From NCBI RefSeq assembly GCF_009914755.1, contig NC_060932.1: a stretch of 64,000 nt of DNA, one strand, 5' to 3'. Below, in pieces: positions 48,855 through 64,000 of this stretch. Made by a program: the position numbers and the translations under genes. Source of the DNA: the human T2T-CHM13v2.0 reference genome, Homo sapiens. Each line of letters starts with the position of its first letter. The stretch's first letter is position 1. The notes below the pieces were generated by a model. The model did no database searches. It was given only the letters and a program-made list of their open reading frames with translations, and was not told the origin of the DNA.

Positions 48855-50657
48855 TCACCTTGAAATGATGAAAGGGTTTTTTGTGAGGGTCAGTTAGATA
48901 CATCTATAAGAATATATGAGAGGCAAAGTCTTAACAACAGTGTAGAATTTGGTTACCCAAACCAAAATTTGGAAAGAAAGTTCATTCTCTACCTAGTGCT
49001 TCTAGGTTGAGAACACAATCATAAGCGGTCACAGAAATCCTGGAATAGAATTATCTAGTAGGGAAGGTTCATGTGAATTGGTTTTCTATGAAAAAATCAA
49101 CTATGGCTTAAGAGCTCTAACCTGATTATCACTGACGGGAAATACCTGCCATTTTTTTTTTTCTCCTAAATATCTGCAAAGATTTAGTCTGGGCTCTAGA
49201 CAATTCTCCAATTGGTTTCCAGTTTCAGAATTCTCTCTCAGAGAGTGTAACACTATTGCCAAACCAATGTCTCCAGTGTTGCCTTCAGGAAGATCACCTT
49301 TTAAGCCCCAGATGGCAACATGTATTATCTTCCCACGATCAGTTTCAAGAACCTTCATGATTCTGTCAGCCATCCTAATCTTCCCTACTATATACCTCTT
49401 CTCTTCTCATTTTTCTGGACAAAGTCCAAGCCCAAGCTGTATTCTGTCATATCCTCCAACCTCCTACTCTTTAACTTACGTGCAGCAATTTCTGAGGATA
49501 TAGCAACATCCAGTCACTTATCAGTGAAGCTGGGCCATATTTCTGGTGGATGAATTCTACAACTATTTTTGTTGCTATAGGAACATTATTTTCTGGCCCT
49601 GGTTACTAAACTGAAATAGCTTTTAAGGGTGTGCCATTTAGTGGTTTATCAGTATAAACCTATGCCTAAAAATAACCATCATCTGTTCCACTGATCTGCT
49701 CCTGAGACTGGCAGGGTGACTCTGGTATGTGCCACAATGATACCAGTCTCCTAAATAGAAATGTTATCTAGACTTATGTCCATAGCTGGGGATGGGTTAT
49801 TACCTAAGTCATGAACTGTGGTTCTATTTATATTTCCACTGTCATAAATAATTACTTGGTTCTCTAAATAATGCTGTGTAACTTGGGGCCCTGGTATATG
49901 TATGAGGTTTTATGAAACTGTTAACTAGCAGACATTCAGGTTGTGATTTAGACAGAAAAGAAAAGTATATTCAATTTTGGAAATGTACATTTAAACAAAA
50001 TCATAGTGAACGAATTTTGTTCTTCTCAAAGCATTTTCAAGTTCCCCATTTTCTTAGGAGCTGATATCTACATGAAATGCTACAATACTTATATTCTAGA
50101 AAAAAGCTTTTCATCACAACAAATTAATTCCATTTCTGACAGACCATAATTTCACATGTAAAATTTTGTCCCACAATTCAGTAAGTAATTATTGTTCCCC
50201 ATATTATGGGCAGGTATTACTAGTCTCCCCTCTCCCTTCAACTGTGCATTTAGATTTCTATGTCTAGTAGCAAAGATAACTCAGTGGCCTGTTGGAGCTA
50301 TGCATCTCATCCCTATGAACTCCAATCAGCTGCTCCTCACCTCATAACATCCAACCAATCCCAAATCATGCCTCTATATCCGCCATAAATTCCTGATTCT
50401 TTTTCAGCCTAGAGTCCTGGGTAGGTTCATGGATCTCAGAGACGCGATGAGAGGGGATGAACACAACACAACGGACAATGAAGGGATTACAATGAAGTGG
50501 GGATGATGAGACCCCACAAACCTCTCTACCATCAAACCTGCACTAATTCGAATTTGAGAGAACTGGTTAATCTAATAAACCAAATTATTTTAATGACTAA
50601 AGCTTAGCCATAATTGCACATTTTACCTCTCGTTAAACAGTTTTCTAAAACATTTCA

Positions 50658-50790
50658 GTATTTAACTTGTACGCCTCAATTTCCCCATAAGAATAAAAGA
50701 GTATCCACCTTATAATAGCAGGGAAGACACTATATGAAAAATGCAAAAATAAAAAAAACACTTAGCAGCATTGGTATTCAATCAACAGTA
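50658..50790 (+). mobile_element. Diverged MIR hosting the ASAH1 microexon
   Basis: tatttaact...gcctcaatttccccat...gtatccaccttata...acttagca resembles MIR tacttaac...gcctcagtttcctcat...gtacctacctcata...gcttagaa. Confidence 0.6.
50709..50729 (-). CDS. ASAH1: ASAH1 alternative 21-nt in-frame microexon (adds VFPAIIR after Thr42)
   Basis: tttttcatatag|TGTCTTCCCTGCTATTATAAG|gtggat; frame-preserving; matches my recall of the VFPAVIR insert of a minor isoform apart from one residue. Confidence 0.75.
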
Positions 50791-52401
50791 GTCATCACAA
50801 TTTATTTTCCTACTTCACTGCAAACAAGAAATATCATTTCATCATTTTTGAGACTTAGTGTTTGCAATGTCCATGCCATTCATAATATCAGCAACATCAC
50901 CTGAACCCACATGGCTACCTAGGTGGCATGGAAACTAGTCCAGGTGACACAACACACACATATACAAATAAGAGAGCAAGTGCTAGGCATCCCGTGAGCA
51001 GTGGGAAAGAAATGCTGAATGGGACTCAGATGGATTCAGGGGTGATCTGGCTATCAGTTCTTTTATCTTCAGCATTGATTTGACTAGTCATGCTGGCCAA
51101 ACAGGTTATCTTTTTCTTCCCTCATATCTGCCCATGGATGCTGCCCAAATCTACGCACTTAATTGAAAAGGATGATCTCAAAGGAACAGAACGTCTGTTT
51201 GTCATTCAAAGGTACATAAATACCACAGTTATCTCCTAAATCTCAAGATCCATTGATAGAGTTGAGAGAAGAGAAGGATAAGAGCAAAGCCGAGGCTTTT
51301 TGTGTAGGAAAGCAGGCTAGTGAGATAAAAAGAAAGCTAGCGAAAAAATGAAGGCAAGGAAAGAAACATACAAGTTATGTCCATGTATACACGTGTATGT
51401 GTTTTGGAGTACATATGTATGTATACATGTAGGTATGTATGCACATAGGTAGACACACACTCACATGCACATGGCAATAAGAGTCAGTAAAATGCCTAAT
51501 CAGGAAAGGTTTATGGTTTGCAGGGCATTCAATTTATAGACACATGTAAAGTGCACCTAAAAGGGAGTAGAAACGGCCTCAAACATGGAAGGCACCTCAT
51601 TAAATGTTCAATGAATTGGGGCAGTGAGACCAACAGAGAGACATAATTAATCAGTAAGGCAGACATGTCACTGAAGGCCAGAATGATGCCAGTGATGACA
51701 GAAAGGAAGACTTTCAGACAGCAGGCCATTGAAGAAAGAGCTGGAATGAACACTGGCCCCAAACAACATCCAAACTGGTTACCTCTAAATTGCTTCCTGC
51801 CAAATACTGGCCTCTTTCTACATAAAGGCGAGTAAGTCAAAAGAACTTAGTTTATTACAGTTTCACGCTATCTGGGACAGAGGCTATTTAAAATACATCG
51901 TTTAGACAACAACAGTACAACGTAAGTAATTTGGAATGTTGCACGAACTGAAAATGTCATCTTGATATCACTAGATAGAGTTGTACTGTTTCCCCCTACA
52001 AACAGCAGGCTACTTTCAGCGAAAGGGCAGTGTAGGAGAAAAAGATCACCACCCCCTATACCTGTTCCTTCTTTTCTCTGTTCTGTACACTCTGAGGGGT
52101 CTGTGAGCTGTTATTATGGCTTTCTCACAGGCCCATTTAAACACTGAGGATTTGGAAAGACCAAAATCTAGACTAAAAATATTAATGTTAAACACACTGA
52201 ATCATGACATTGGTCCTCCTCTTAGGTGTTCCAATCCTGTTTTGTCCTCGACAGCTTTGTTGTGCCAAGGTTTATTTTGAGAACGTTTCACATATGAGGG
52301 CCTATGCTTTTTTGTTACAATATAATTTGGTGGTTTATATCCAGGCACCATAGAGAATCACAGGTCATTTCAAATACAGCCCTTACATTTGTCAAAGATG
52401 A

Positions 52402-52744
<343 letters not shown>

Positions 52745-52993
52745 TGAAAATCCTTTTCTTTCCGATGATTTTGATAGTCTAGCGACGGGCATTTGAATCG
52801 GAAGATATTTTCATATTTGTCCAAGATCTCAGCCAAATGCATAATAAACAAATCTGAGAAACAAACCTCTGTCTCGGAATGGGAAACATGACTTAAGATT
52901 TTATTCACTATCGTTCGTTTATGAGCAATTATTACATACAGAAAAAACTTCACAAAGGTCAAAGGGAGTTTTGATCATCTGATGTTTACTCAC

Positions 52994-53040
52994 GTTGGTC
53001 CTGAAGGAGGATAGGTTGATTTTCTGCAGTCCTCTGTCCA
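52994..53040 (-). CDS. ASAH1: ASAH1 exon 2 (WTEDCRKSTYPPSGPT)
   Basis: ttttcag acceptor, 47 nt, AC|gtgagt donor; Thr42 codon is split across the junction. Confidence 0.97.
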
Positions 53041-53499
53041 CTGAAAAGCAAAGAAAATTAAGTTTCAGAAAATAACAAATGCTTGCCAACGGAATAAGCA
53101 ATTTCAAAAGTAGTTAATCTGTGAAGACAACATCAAGTCTGATATTGCTCTTTTATACGTTTCAATGCCTCTTAAAATAAGTCTTTTCTTTCCAAGAAAA
53201 CTTCTAAAATCCTAAACCATTAAGTGGATTTTCAGTTTCAATTCAATTTGTAAAAGTGCTAGGTGTTATAATTTGGCTCTAATATTTCAAATATATTGAG
53301 TAACGAACAAATGTAACAAAGTAGATGGAAAATATTTATGTTAGAGAGGCTGACTTAGCACTAAAAGTAAATGACCTGATAGGATGTATTATCTGCACTT
53401 ACCAGCCATGTGTGTTGCAACCTGTCCTGGGATTTGCCTCCCAAACCAGATTTTCAGGGCACACAGCACAGGGCCCTTCATCATCTTTCCATGGTAACT

Positions 53500-53890
53500 T
53501 ACCATCCCAGCCTCATCTCCTGACACTCCCCTTAGTATTTATAGCCATACGCAGGCACTTCCTATCATCTCTCACCCTTCCATGCCTGTGTCTGTGCTAT
53601 TCCCTCTTGCTAGAATGCCTTTTCCCCACCTGGTGAACTGCTGGTTCTAACTTCCAAGATTCAGTTCAAGCATTTTCTTTCTTGTGAAGTCTTCATCTAT
53701 CTTCCATATGAAAATATTCATACCCTCCTTTCCTCCCACAGCATTTGTGCACACTCTCATCAACATGTTTATGACACTGCTTTATAATCATCTGTTTGCG
53801 TTCCTTGTCAATACCAGACTCTGCGCTCCTTGAGGTGAGGACGGCCCCCAACACTGACGTCACTGCCTGAGACAAGGAATGAACAGACTC
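53500..53890 (+). mobile_element. L2 3' fragment
   Basis: tgtgctattccctcttgctagaatgcctttt...ccagactctgcgctccttgagg. Confidence 0.6.
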
Positions 53891-54100
53891 TTTTAGGGGA
53901 AGTTGTCCAAGCTTAGTGGCAAAATGGAACCTTCTCCTAAACTTATCAAAAAAAGTCCACACAGATTTATGATTCTTTTGTTACTCATTCAACATATCAA
54001 GTGTCTTTATCTCCTTTCCTCTGGAGAACCAGTTCTGTGAAAGTAAAATAATTGTTTTAAAAAAGTACAAATCCAAAATAAGATAAAGTAGAGTAGGTAA

Positions 54101-54225
54101 GAAAACTCTTGGAACTGTAGCTTGAGCTCAGAAAACTCTTGGAACTGTAGCTTGAGCTCAGAAAACTCCTGGAACTGTAGCTTGAGCTCAGAAAACTCCT
54201 GGAACTGTAGCTTGAGCACAGAAAA
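54101..54225. repeat. 30-bp minisatellite x4.2 in ASAH1 intron 1
   Basis: gaaaactcytggaactgtagcttgagctca at 54101, 54131, 54161 and 54191. Confidence 0.96.
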
Positions 54226-54329
54226 TGTATCTGCTGGACAGCTGTGTAAGAATGGAGGTCTAGCACCTTGTTTTAACTTTTGATAACATGGGGAATATAT
54301 AAAGTAGGTTGACATTACCTGTGATTCAA

Positions 54330-55560
54330 ACATTAGCTGTCAAATTTGCCTTACCACACTGTAAGTTTCTCACATATGTCTGGCTTTGTCTGGTAATTTT
54401 GCGTTGAATTCATTAAGAAACAATATCAAGTCTGTAGCAAAAGCTAATTTCCAAAGCCATTCGTGTTCAGTAATAGTGGCTGGGGGCAGCTCGTTTAGAA
54501 AAACTTCAGTCTCAACTGTGAACTCAAAGACTGCAAAACTTTACAGCTAGCAAGCTATCTAATGGCTCTGTCACAAGAGACATCAGGATATCCGGCCTCT
54601 ATTTCTGATAATTCACAGAAATGATGACGGTTATATCCACAAGAGCAAATGAAGCTCATGGTTTATATTGCCGGTTCAATAACACATGTGAGATTCCAAT
54701 ATTTTCCACAAAATATCTGAAAAGGAATACTATAATAAATAACCATGAGCTTTAAACACCTCGCATGTTCACAAGTTTTGTGAATTTGCTCAACTCCGCC
54801 TTTTTCTACTCACAAATATTTTTACTACTGTCAATTTTTATAGATCTTAGCAGATTCCATTCCAGGTTATACTCAATCATTATTTTCTCAGCTTCTTCGA
54901 AAACATCCTCGCCTGTAGTTGTTTTATACAGATGATTCAGAGGCTAACTCTTCAGTCACTTCAAACTTGGCAATGATCATCTAATAAATATCAACAACTG
55001 ATCAGTTATCGGTATGTTGACAGTCAAGAAAAATCACTCAAAAATCACATGCTTTGTTCTTTAATTGATATTGATGTTCTTCCCAAAGTCCAGGACAAGG
55101 GTTCTCAATGACATGTAAAATAATTTCATTTTCCCTGGACACAATACTTCTGCTACTACAATCGAATACAATTTAGGTAATCCACCATTGGTAAATGGCT
55201 TTCCTTATTTTGCTAATAAATGAGCTACTTAGAGACTTATAGGGGTTGCAACTTAATTTTACTTTGTAAAATTTGTAAATAAGTTCTGCTGTGAGGAGAT
55301 ACTCCGCTTTACATTTTCTTGTTTATCTGACCATTGTTTTCCTATGAGTTGGGAATACTGTGATGGGTACTTAACCCAAGTGCTTAATTTTATGATCATG
55401 TTGTGGACTTAAGACCCTGCTCCATTAGTGACTTGTAGAAAGTTACACAGCTGGTGACAGAATCAGAGTCAATGGCTTTCCCTGTTCTATCAAACAGCTT
55501 CCCACAGAGATAATAAAACCAATGCCTCAATTTAATTCCTAACAGAATAATCTGCGCGTA
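54330..55560 (-). mobile_element. hAT/Charlie-type transposase fossil (GTF2IRD2/SPIN-like)
   Basis: minus-strand translation near 55250-55130 gives SL*VAHLLAK*GKPFTNG and AEVLCPGKMKLF, resembling conserved blocks of this family; many stops. Confidence 0.6.
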
Positions 55561-56428
55561 GTTCAGGGCTTCTGGTGATCACTAGAATCAACTCGGCAAA
55601 TTAAGTGAAACGTAATGACTCCTATCCCTTCCTAATAATGACATTTGCACGCCCTGGGTTCCAAAGCCAAAATAAACATCAAATTACAGGCACATTTCTT
55701 ACTAGACAACTGTGAGCAAAGTTGAAAATGCTCTGTCTAGTATTAGGAGAGAATGTGACCTGCCCCAGAGGTAAGAACTAAAGAGCAAGCTAGCAACAAT
55801 ACATGTGGAGTGAGTCTGAGGTTGATAACGACTCTTGGTAGCAATAAACAAACGTGAAATTGGCATAGAACCTGGCTGCAAGGAAATAGGATAAGTGTGA
55901 CAGAAAATAAGAAAGTTGGCAGCTATGAGACTACAGTATTTCAGGGGCTCACATGGCATGAACGCCTAAGTCGTTTATGCAAAAAGGTTAGTTTTAGGGG
56001 TAGGGTGGAAAAAAGAGCTACTTCCTCCCCCTCAAAAAAGAATTCTACAGGGAGACACAGCTTCAAAACCCACGAGTAGCCCTAAAACAGAATTATAATG
56101 AACTTACTTAATGTTATTTAAAGTTCCTTACTATCCCCAAGTTTATAAACAGTTTAATAACAGACAACTCTATTAAGGCAGGTAAAAACTTAAATAGATG
56201 ATAGGTAAAGATTAGAAACAGATGATAAGAAGAGAGATTATGTGGTCTGGATGGTATACTATGTACACCCTATCACAGGAAACAAAATCCAACTTAGAAT
56301 CAATTCTCTCTAACCCTCTCCCCACAGTACCTCTCTTTCTCTCTCTCTCCCTGCCCTTCCCTACCTTTCTCCCTGCCCCTCAGTGGTCTCCTAAGAGTGA
56401 AGATAAGTGGTAAAAATCTGATATTTCA

Positions 56429-56748
<320 letters not shown>

Positions 56749-57829
56749 CTCTCTGGAAAGTGCTTTTAAAAGACTGTTTGGGTCAGAAAATTCTCTAATT
56801 TTTCTGGTTATTTGATAGAAACTTAAGCCTCTTTGAATGTCCTCCCCATTCATTAAGAGAAATTAATTACAGAGCTACTGAACACAACATTCTAAAAAAA
56901 ACACAAAAATATAAAGAGAACATTAAGGTCTCAATGAAAGCGCCATACCCTTAAAAAATGGCATAACTTGTACAGCTCCTTAAAATATTTGAGCCCGAAA
57001 GAATTAGGAGACCCTCAATGAAATAATGTATGCTTCTAATAGTGAATTTTAAAAGTCCAGAAAGCCCTTGTGTGCTTGTCTTATTGAAATACTCAGAAAG
57101 AGACAATGAAGGATAATCTAAAATTACATACCTCATGTCAGTTTTCATACCCACCAGAAGCCAAACAACTCTAGCCAGACAATTTTTCATTCATTCAATT
57201 CTTGAATTCATCAACAACTATTTTGCAGACAAGTTTTTCCTATAATGTCCTCTTATGTACAACTCAGCAGAAACACTGAATACAAAGAGGCATGTTTCCT
57301 ACGTGTACAAGAATTCACATGAGCTTGAAAATGTTTTCACTTGTCTTCTGGGCTTTGATGGGATGGCATCCTATTAAGCTACTGATATTTAGGTCAAAGG
57401 AATGTGAATAAACCCTCCATGAGAGGAAGGACCTCATCTATCTCATTGGCTGACGCATTCCCAGCGTTTAGGAGTCTGGCACATAGTAGGCAAGCAGTAT
57501 TTGTTGAATAAGTGAATGGATTACACCTGTGTGTTCCCTCTTTGGGAGAAGTAGGGAAAAGCAGATGAAGTGCAATAAATTCCTAGGCCAGATGGGGTCT
57601 ATGAGATTTCTGGCAACTGCGTGAAAATCATTGCTAAAGCTGATTCAATAGCTAATGTCAACAATGTTGACATACGCTGTTAACTAGTATGAGAAGCTGA
57701 TGCATAAAAATGAGTTTACAAGTTTACTTTGGCAATTAATTACTAAGCCATTACGTTTCATCTTCGCACATCTTATGAAGTGGGTCAGATTTATTACGCA
57801 GAGCAGCCATCTCTCCCCTCTAGTTCCTT

Positions 57830-59030
<1,201 letters not shown>

Positions 59031-61229
59031 TAATAGACTCCTAAAAAATTCAATAATGAAGAATAACTCAGGAGGACCTTCACATACGAATATTGTGAAA
59101 AGCCTCAAAAACAAACACACAAAAAATCCTTACAGATGTTCTAAATCAAATGACTTGTTTCCAATTTAAAGCTGCTTCTCATTATTCATATTTATTGAAA
59201 GTACTTTTGAAATATCTTTTGTTACCATGAGGCTATAGTTTATCATATAATGACTCCAGTTGAAAAACTGCTTATTCTTCTCAGAGAATGAAGTCACTAA
59301 ACTTCTGTAAGGTTCTAAAGGTCCTTCAGTGCATGGATCCCAGGATTTTCCAGGCCAGTAAAAAAAAATTAATGAGGCCTTGGCACAGGAGGGTCCAAAT
59401 TTTTATTCTGCCAAATGGAGATGTTAAAACAAAACAAATTCCATGCACATAACATCTACCTCTGCCGTTATTTTTAAGAACACGTTTGCAACAATGAAAA
59501 CTTGAAGTCCATACAATCAGAGTAAAGATTAACATTCTAAATTAATAATTTTAGTTTTGCATTCTTATTTTTCCAGTTTCATTGAAAACCTGTGAAAACA
59601 GCTTCCCAAAGTGACACCAGTGGCCAGACTAGACTTTGATAATCGCTGTTCTAGATAAGAACTATTATATCCATTGAGAGGTTGTTAATTCTTCTTCTGA
59701 AAATAGCTATCAAAATACTTTTGCTAGAATAAATAAAGCTATTGAGAAAGAAGAAAAAACAGCCTCCAACACCTGAAACTGCTCTGAGTCCCACAGCTAT
59801 CTCTCAATATTATTACAAGCCGATCTGACACTCACAGCCAGGTAAGCTCTGTTTTCCTCCTGGACATCAACAATCCCACAGATACCTACGTCGGATAAGA
59901 TTATTCTGAGACATGACACACCAAGACAAAGCAATGCCACTTGAAGATTTTCTCTAAGAACAGACAAAAACAAGGGCACCTGCAACGCACAAAACACCAA
60001 ACATCCCCTTCTCGTGCTAAACAGAATGGCTGTTCCTTCTTTACTCAGTCAGAATTGCCCCACCTTCTAACAGCATTCTATCTACAGCAAAGCCCGGTTC
60101 CTCAGTCTTACCCCAAATCATGCAACCGAAGTTCAAATTCTGTAATGGGTTTTTTTCTATAACCTACCGTCCGTCGCTCATGGTGTGTGGTCTCCTTTGC
60201 CTCAAAGAACACTAAACCCAATTTGTTCAGCTTATGGTGTGTTCCTGGTGGTCTTTCAATGAAGGGCCCTGACAGTATCAAAGTATCAAAGTCTCTCCCA
60301 ATTCCCATAAAACCAACTACCGTCAAGCAAATTAATTCCCTACCCACAATGGAGCAATTTTATTTTAAGGCCTTTAATCGTGTCCACATACATGTTCTGT
60401 GTATTTTCCTATTACAGGAAAAACTGTATATACTATTCTGGATTCTACTTTTATCTGCTGAACATTATATCAATTTTAATGGCTAAATCATATCCCACCA
60501 TGATTTTAAAGAATTTCTCCTTACAGGTATAAAAGAAGACAATGCACATCTTGCTTCCACTTTCAATAACCTACCTAAACTATTCAAGACCATCACCATC
60601 TAGCCTCAGGCCAGATGCGCCAGGTTCCTACTTATCCGATTCTGTTGGCAAAGACAAACGCAGTCTGATTGCTTTATAAAGAAATGAATTATGAAAGAGT
60701 ACTGGGCGTCAAGAGGCTCGGACGTTACGCATGTTCAGTAAACAACAGTGTAACCTCTGGCTAAATATTTTCTCACTCTAGGTCTACTTCCTCTTCTGTA
60801 AAATGAAAGAGTCACGCTCGTCCCTCACTGTCTCTTGCAGTTAGGAAGTCCGTAGCCCTGTGACTTGCTCGTGGGAAAGAGCCACGGGACAGGCGATCCC
60901 ATGACTTGGGTGCAAAAGGCCACAGGGGGCCCTTTGGGGCCTGCTCTGGGCTGCTCGCACCGCCCAAGCTTGGGACCACTCAGCGTTTCCCACGGCCCTG
61001 CAGTATCCTGGGCTGAACTCCTGAACTTCTTCGGGAGAAAGCACCTGACCATCAGGCAGTCTGTCCTTGATTGAGTAATGCACACAGGTCCACCGGAACA
61101 TTTTATTTAAACACTTCAAAATGCAAGGGCCTGGAACTGGTTATTCAAGTACACTCACTCAAATCTAAGAATGTGCGAATCACACCCAGGTATCCTGCAG
61201 AGACTAGGATTTCCTTTAAAGGAGTTCTA

Positions 61230-61883
<654 letters not shown>

Positions 61884-62128
61884 CTAGCAGGCGGGTGCAG
61901 CCTGTCCCGCGTACCCAGGCGTCCTCGGTACCCACGAAACGGATCCAAAGAGTCTCAACACTAATGTAACATCCCACCCTGACCCATCTTTGCCCTCTGA
62001 GAAAAGCGGCCCGAAATGAGTTGAGTTATTCATCCCCACCGCGGAGTCAGGGACAAGGAGCAGTTGAGTGGCCGAGGAGTGAGAGAGAATCGAATCCACT
62101 CGGGTCCTCCAAGCTGTTGGTTACCCAC

Positions 62129-62254
62129 TTGGGCTTTCACAGCAAAGCTGCCAAATCCCAGAATTGAGGCCTCGGTGAAAAGCGCGCTGAGACTTGGGTA
62201 GGAGGCCCGGTGGGACCCGCGAGCTTTCTCTCCCAGCCCGATGCAGCAGTTCAT
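62129..62254 (-). CDS. ASAH1: ASAH1 alternative upstream first exon (MNCCIGLGEKARGSHRASYPSLSALFTEASILGFGSFAVKAQ)
   Basis: ATG at 62254, 126 nt, CAA|gtgggt donor in phase 0 like exon 1; peptide recognised as the N-terminus of the longer isoform. Confidence 0.9.
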
Positions 62255-62809
62255 TAAGCGGCTGTGTTTCCTCCTAACTGGCGAAGGACTCAGGTGGGCG
62301 GAGCAGAGCTCAGCTTGGGAGGAGGCGGACGCGAGTAGCTCGGCAGGGGGACTCGCTTGGCTTTCGTGCCATCCGTGGACACAGTCGCGCGGGTAGGTGA
62401 CCGGGTTGGATTTCAAAGTCCAGCAGGAAATCCTGCCCTCTGGGTTGCACTTCCTGGATGAGCCTCTGACGTCTCAAGCAGCATTGTTTTAATGCTTTGA
62501 TGAAGCTCAGCACGCTGCCGAAATCTCGGCAGTATTTTTTCTTTTCTTTTTGCATGTGAGAGAAAGGACAACAAATTGCAGTTTTATCCATTTGTATTAT
62601 TTCTTTAGAAAACTCAACACTCTTTTTGTTGGAGGTGGGGAAATGAGAAGGTGATGTTTTGTTTTGCTTTTTTTCCTATTTTTTTTTTTTAAAGGAGGAG
62701 AAGATGACAGTGTTCTCCCTAAGGATGAAGTTTGACTTTTGAAACATATCACATGCTTAAAGCACATTTGAGCTCCTGCATGAACAGTAAGCTAGCAGAT
62801 GGTAGAAAT

Positions 62810-63255
62810 ATTCTTTATTAATTCAAAAAATATTTACTGCGGACCTACAATGTGCCAAGCATGTCTCCTGACACTGGGGATAAGCAGTGAACAACAACAA
62901 AAAGACAAACTTCTTCCACCCTGAGGCGTATGTTCTCGGTGAGAAATGGGCAATAAACATAATACCTAAGAAAATTATACGGGATGTTAGTGACAAATGC
63001 AGTGGAGGAAAAGGGAGGCCAGGGGCATCAAGTGTGGAGATCAGAAGTGGTAGAGTTACAATTTTAAATAAGAGGGACAGATAGACATGATTAAGGAGGT
63101 GAAGTTTGAGCAGACAGTTGAGGGAGACCAGGAAGCTAGTTTTGTGTGTGCCCAAGTAAGAGTATTCTAGGCAGAGACAGCAGCTGTTAAAAGGCTTTAA
63201 ATGGAGAATGTGCCTGGCATGTTCAATTACAGCAGACGTGTGTGGGTCTGGCACA
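62810..63255 (-). mobile_element. L2 3' end
   Basis: attcaaaaaatatttactg...cctacaatgtgcca...attctaggcagag...tgcctggcatgttc. Confidence 0.78.
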
Positions 63256-64000
63256 GAAAGAACAAGGGGAAAAGAAGAAAGAAGTATTAATAGACAAAGT
63301 ATTTAGTTAAGGAGAGCAGGGCAAATTCTGTAAGGCATTCAGAGCCATTTCACTCCGGAAAAAAAATGTGTAATATTGAATATACGTGTTAAATGTTGAA
63401 TCTATGGAATTACCTTGGAGCTTAAAATGAGTGTGCGAAGAAGAGGATTCCCATCTTTTAGTTGTTATTACTAAATCAAATAGCTACTTGATTGGAAGAT
63501 CATTCATCTTCAGTACTCTTGAGAGCGATTTAAACATGTCACCAAGCATATTTTTTTCCCTACTGGAGGATGTTAATTGGTGATTAGGTAGTCTAGCAAA
63601 ATCAGATTCTTTATGGAAAAAATTTGTCAATTGACATACTATTCTTAGGCACCACTTTCGCAGAACTATGCGTCTAACTTTCAAAGGTCTATTATATATT
63701 ATTAATACTCTTTTCAGATAAAATATAAATCTAGTTCCCTAAAATTAAACCATTTCATGCATGTCTTTTTTTTCTTACACATATATCTTTATTTTGCCTA
63801 CACCATTCTTTAATACTAGAAATGTACAGAAAGTCAAGGCAAGGTGTGTGTAGGAGACTTTGCAGTGGTTTTTGGCATACTGATCTGTTCATAGAAAATG
63901 GTATTTAAATGTGCAAATGCATGATTATGTCCACGGAAAGGGTGGTTCATACTGCACAAAAGCATCAAGTTTAAGACTTGGATAACCTGTTTCGTGTGCA

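Noticed and set aside
53855-53862. Perfect CRE TGACGTCA in intron 1
   Set aside because: Single 8-mer inside an L2 remnant; no supporting context visible
54007-54333. ORF with periodic LKLQFQEFSE peptide
   Set aside because: Artefact of a 30-bp tandem repeat; no splice or homology support
62300-64000. Exons of a divergent antisense lncRNA
   Set aside because: Recalled for this locus, but exon boundaries cannot be supported from sequence alone

Overview
Human genomic DNA, recognised as chr8p22. The + strand carries the last three coding exons and 3' UTR of PCM1 (C-terminus ...EPETVGAQSI*, stop 5143-5145). After a ~26 kb repeat-rich spacer, the - strand carries the complete 14-exon ASAH1 (acid ceramidase) gene. 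I traced every exon by hand with GT-AG boundaries: 1188 nt, 395 aa plus stop. ASAH1 also has an alternative upstream first exon (MNCCIG...), a 21-nt microexon in intron 2 and a CpG-island promoter at ~61.2-62.4 kb. The allele encodes M72/V93/A246, which by my recall differs from the usual reference protein (V72/I93/V246). The rest is about 25 Alus, L1/L2/MIR, MaLR and ERV LTRs, an ERV env fossil, a hAT transposase fossil and several tandem or inverted repeats. Repeat family names are from recall of consensus sequences and repeat boundaries are approximate. I found no evidence of a wholly new gene system. The most interesting items are smaller-scale: a 34-bp minisatellite that reiterates the exon 10 branch point/acceptor, a MIR-hosted microexon, a tiny TSD-flanked polyadenylated retro-insertion, a perfect 68-bp palindrome and an unexplained ~140-bp degenerate inverted repeat.
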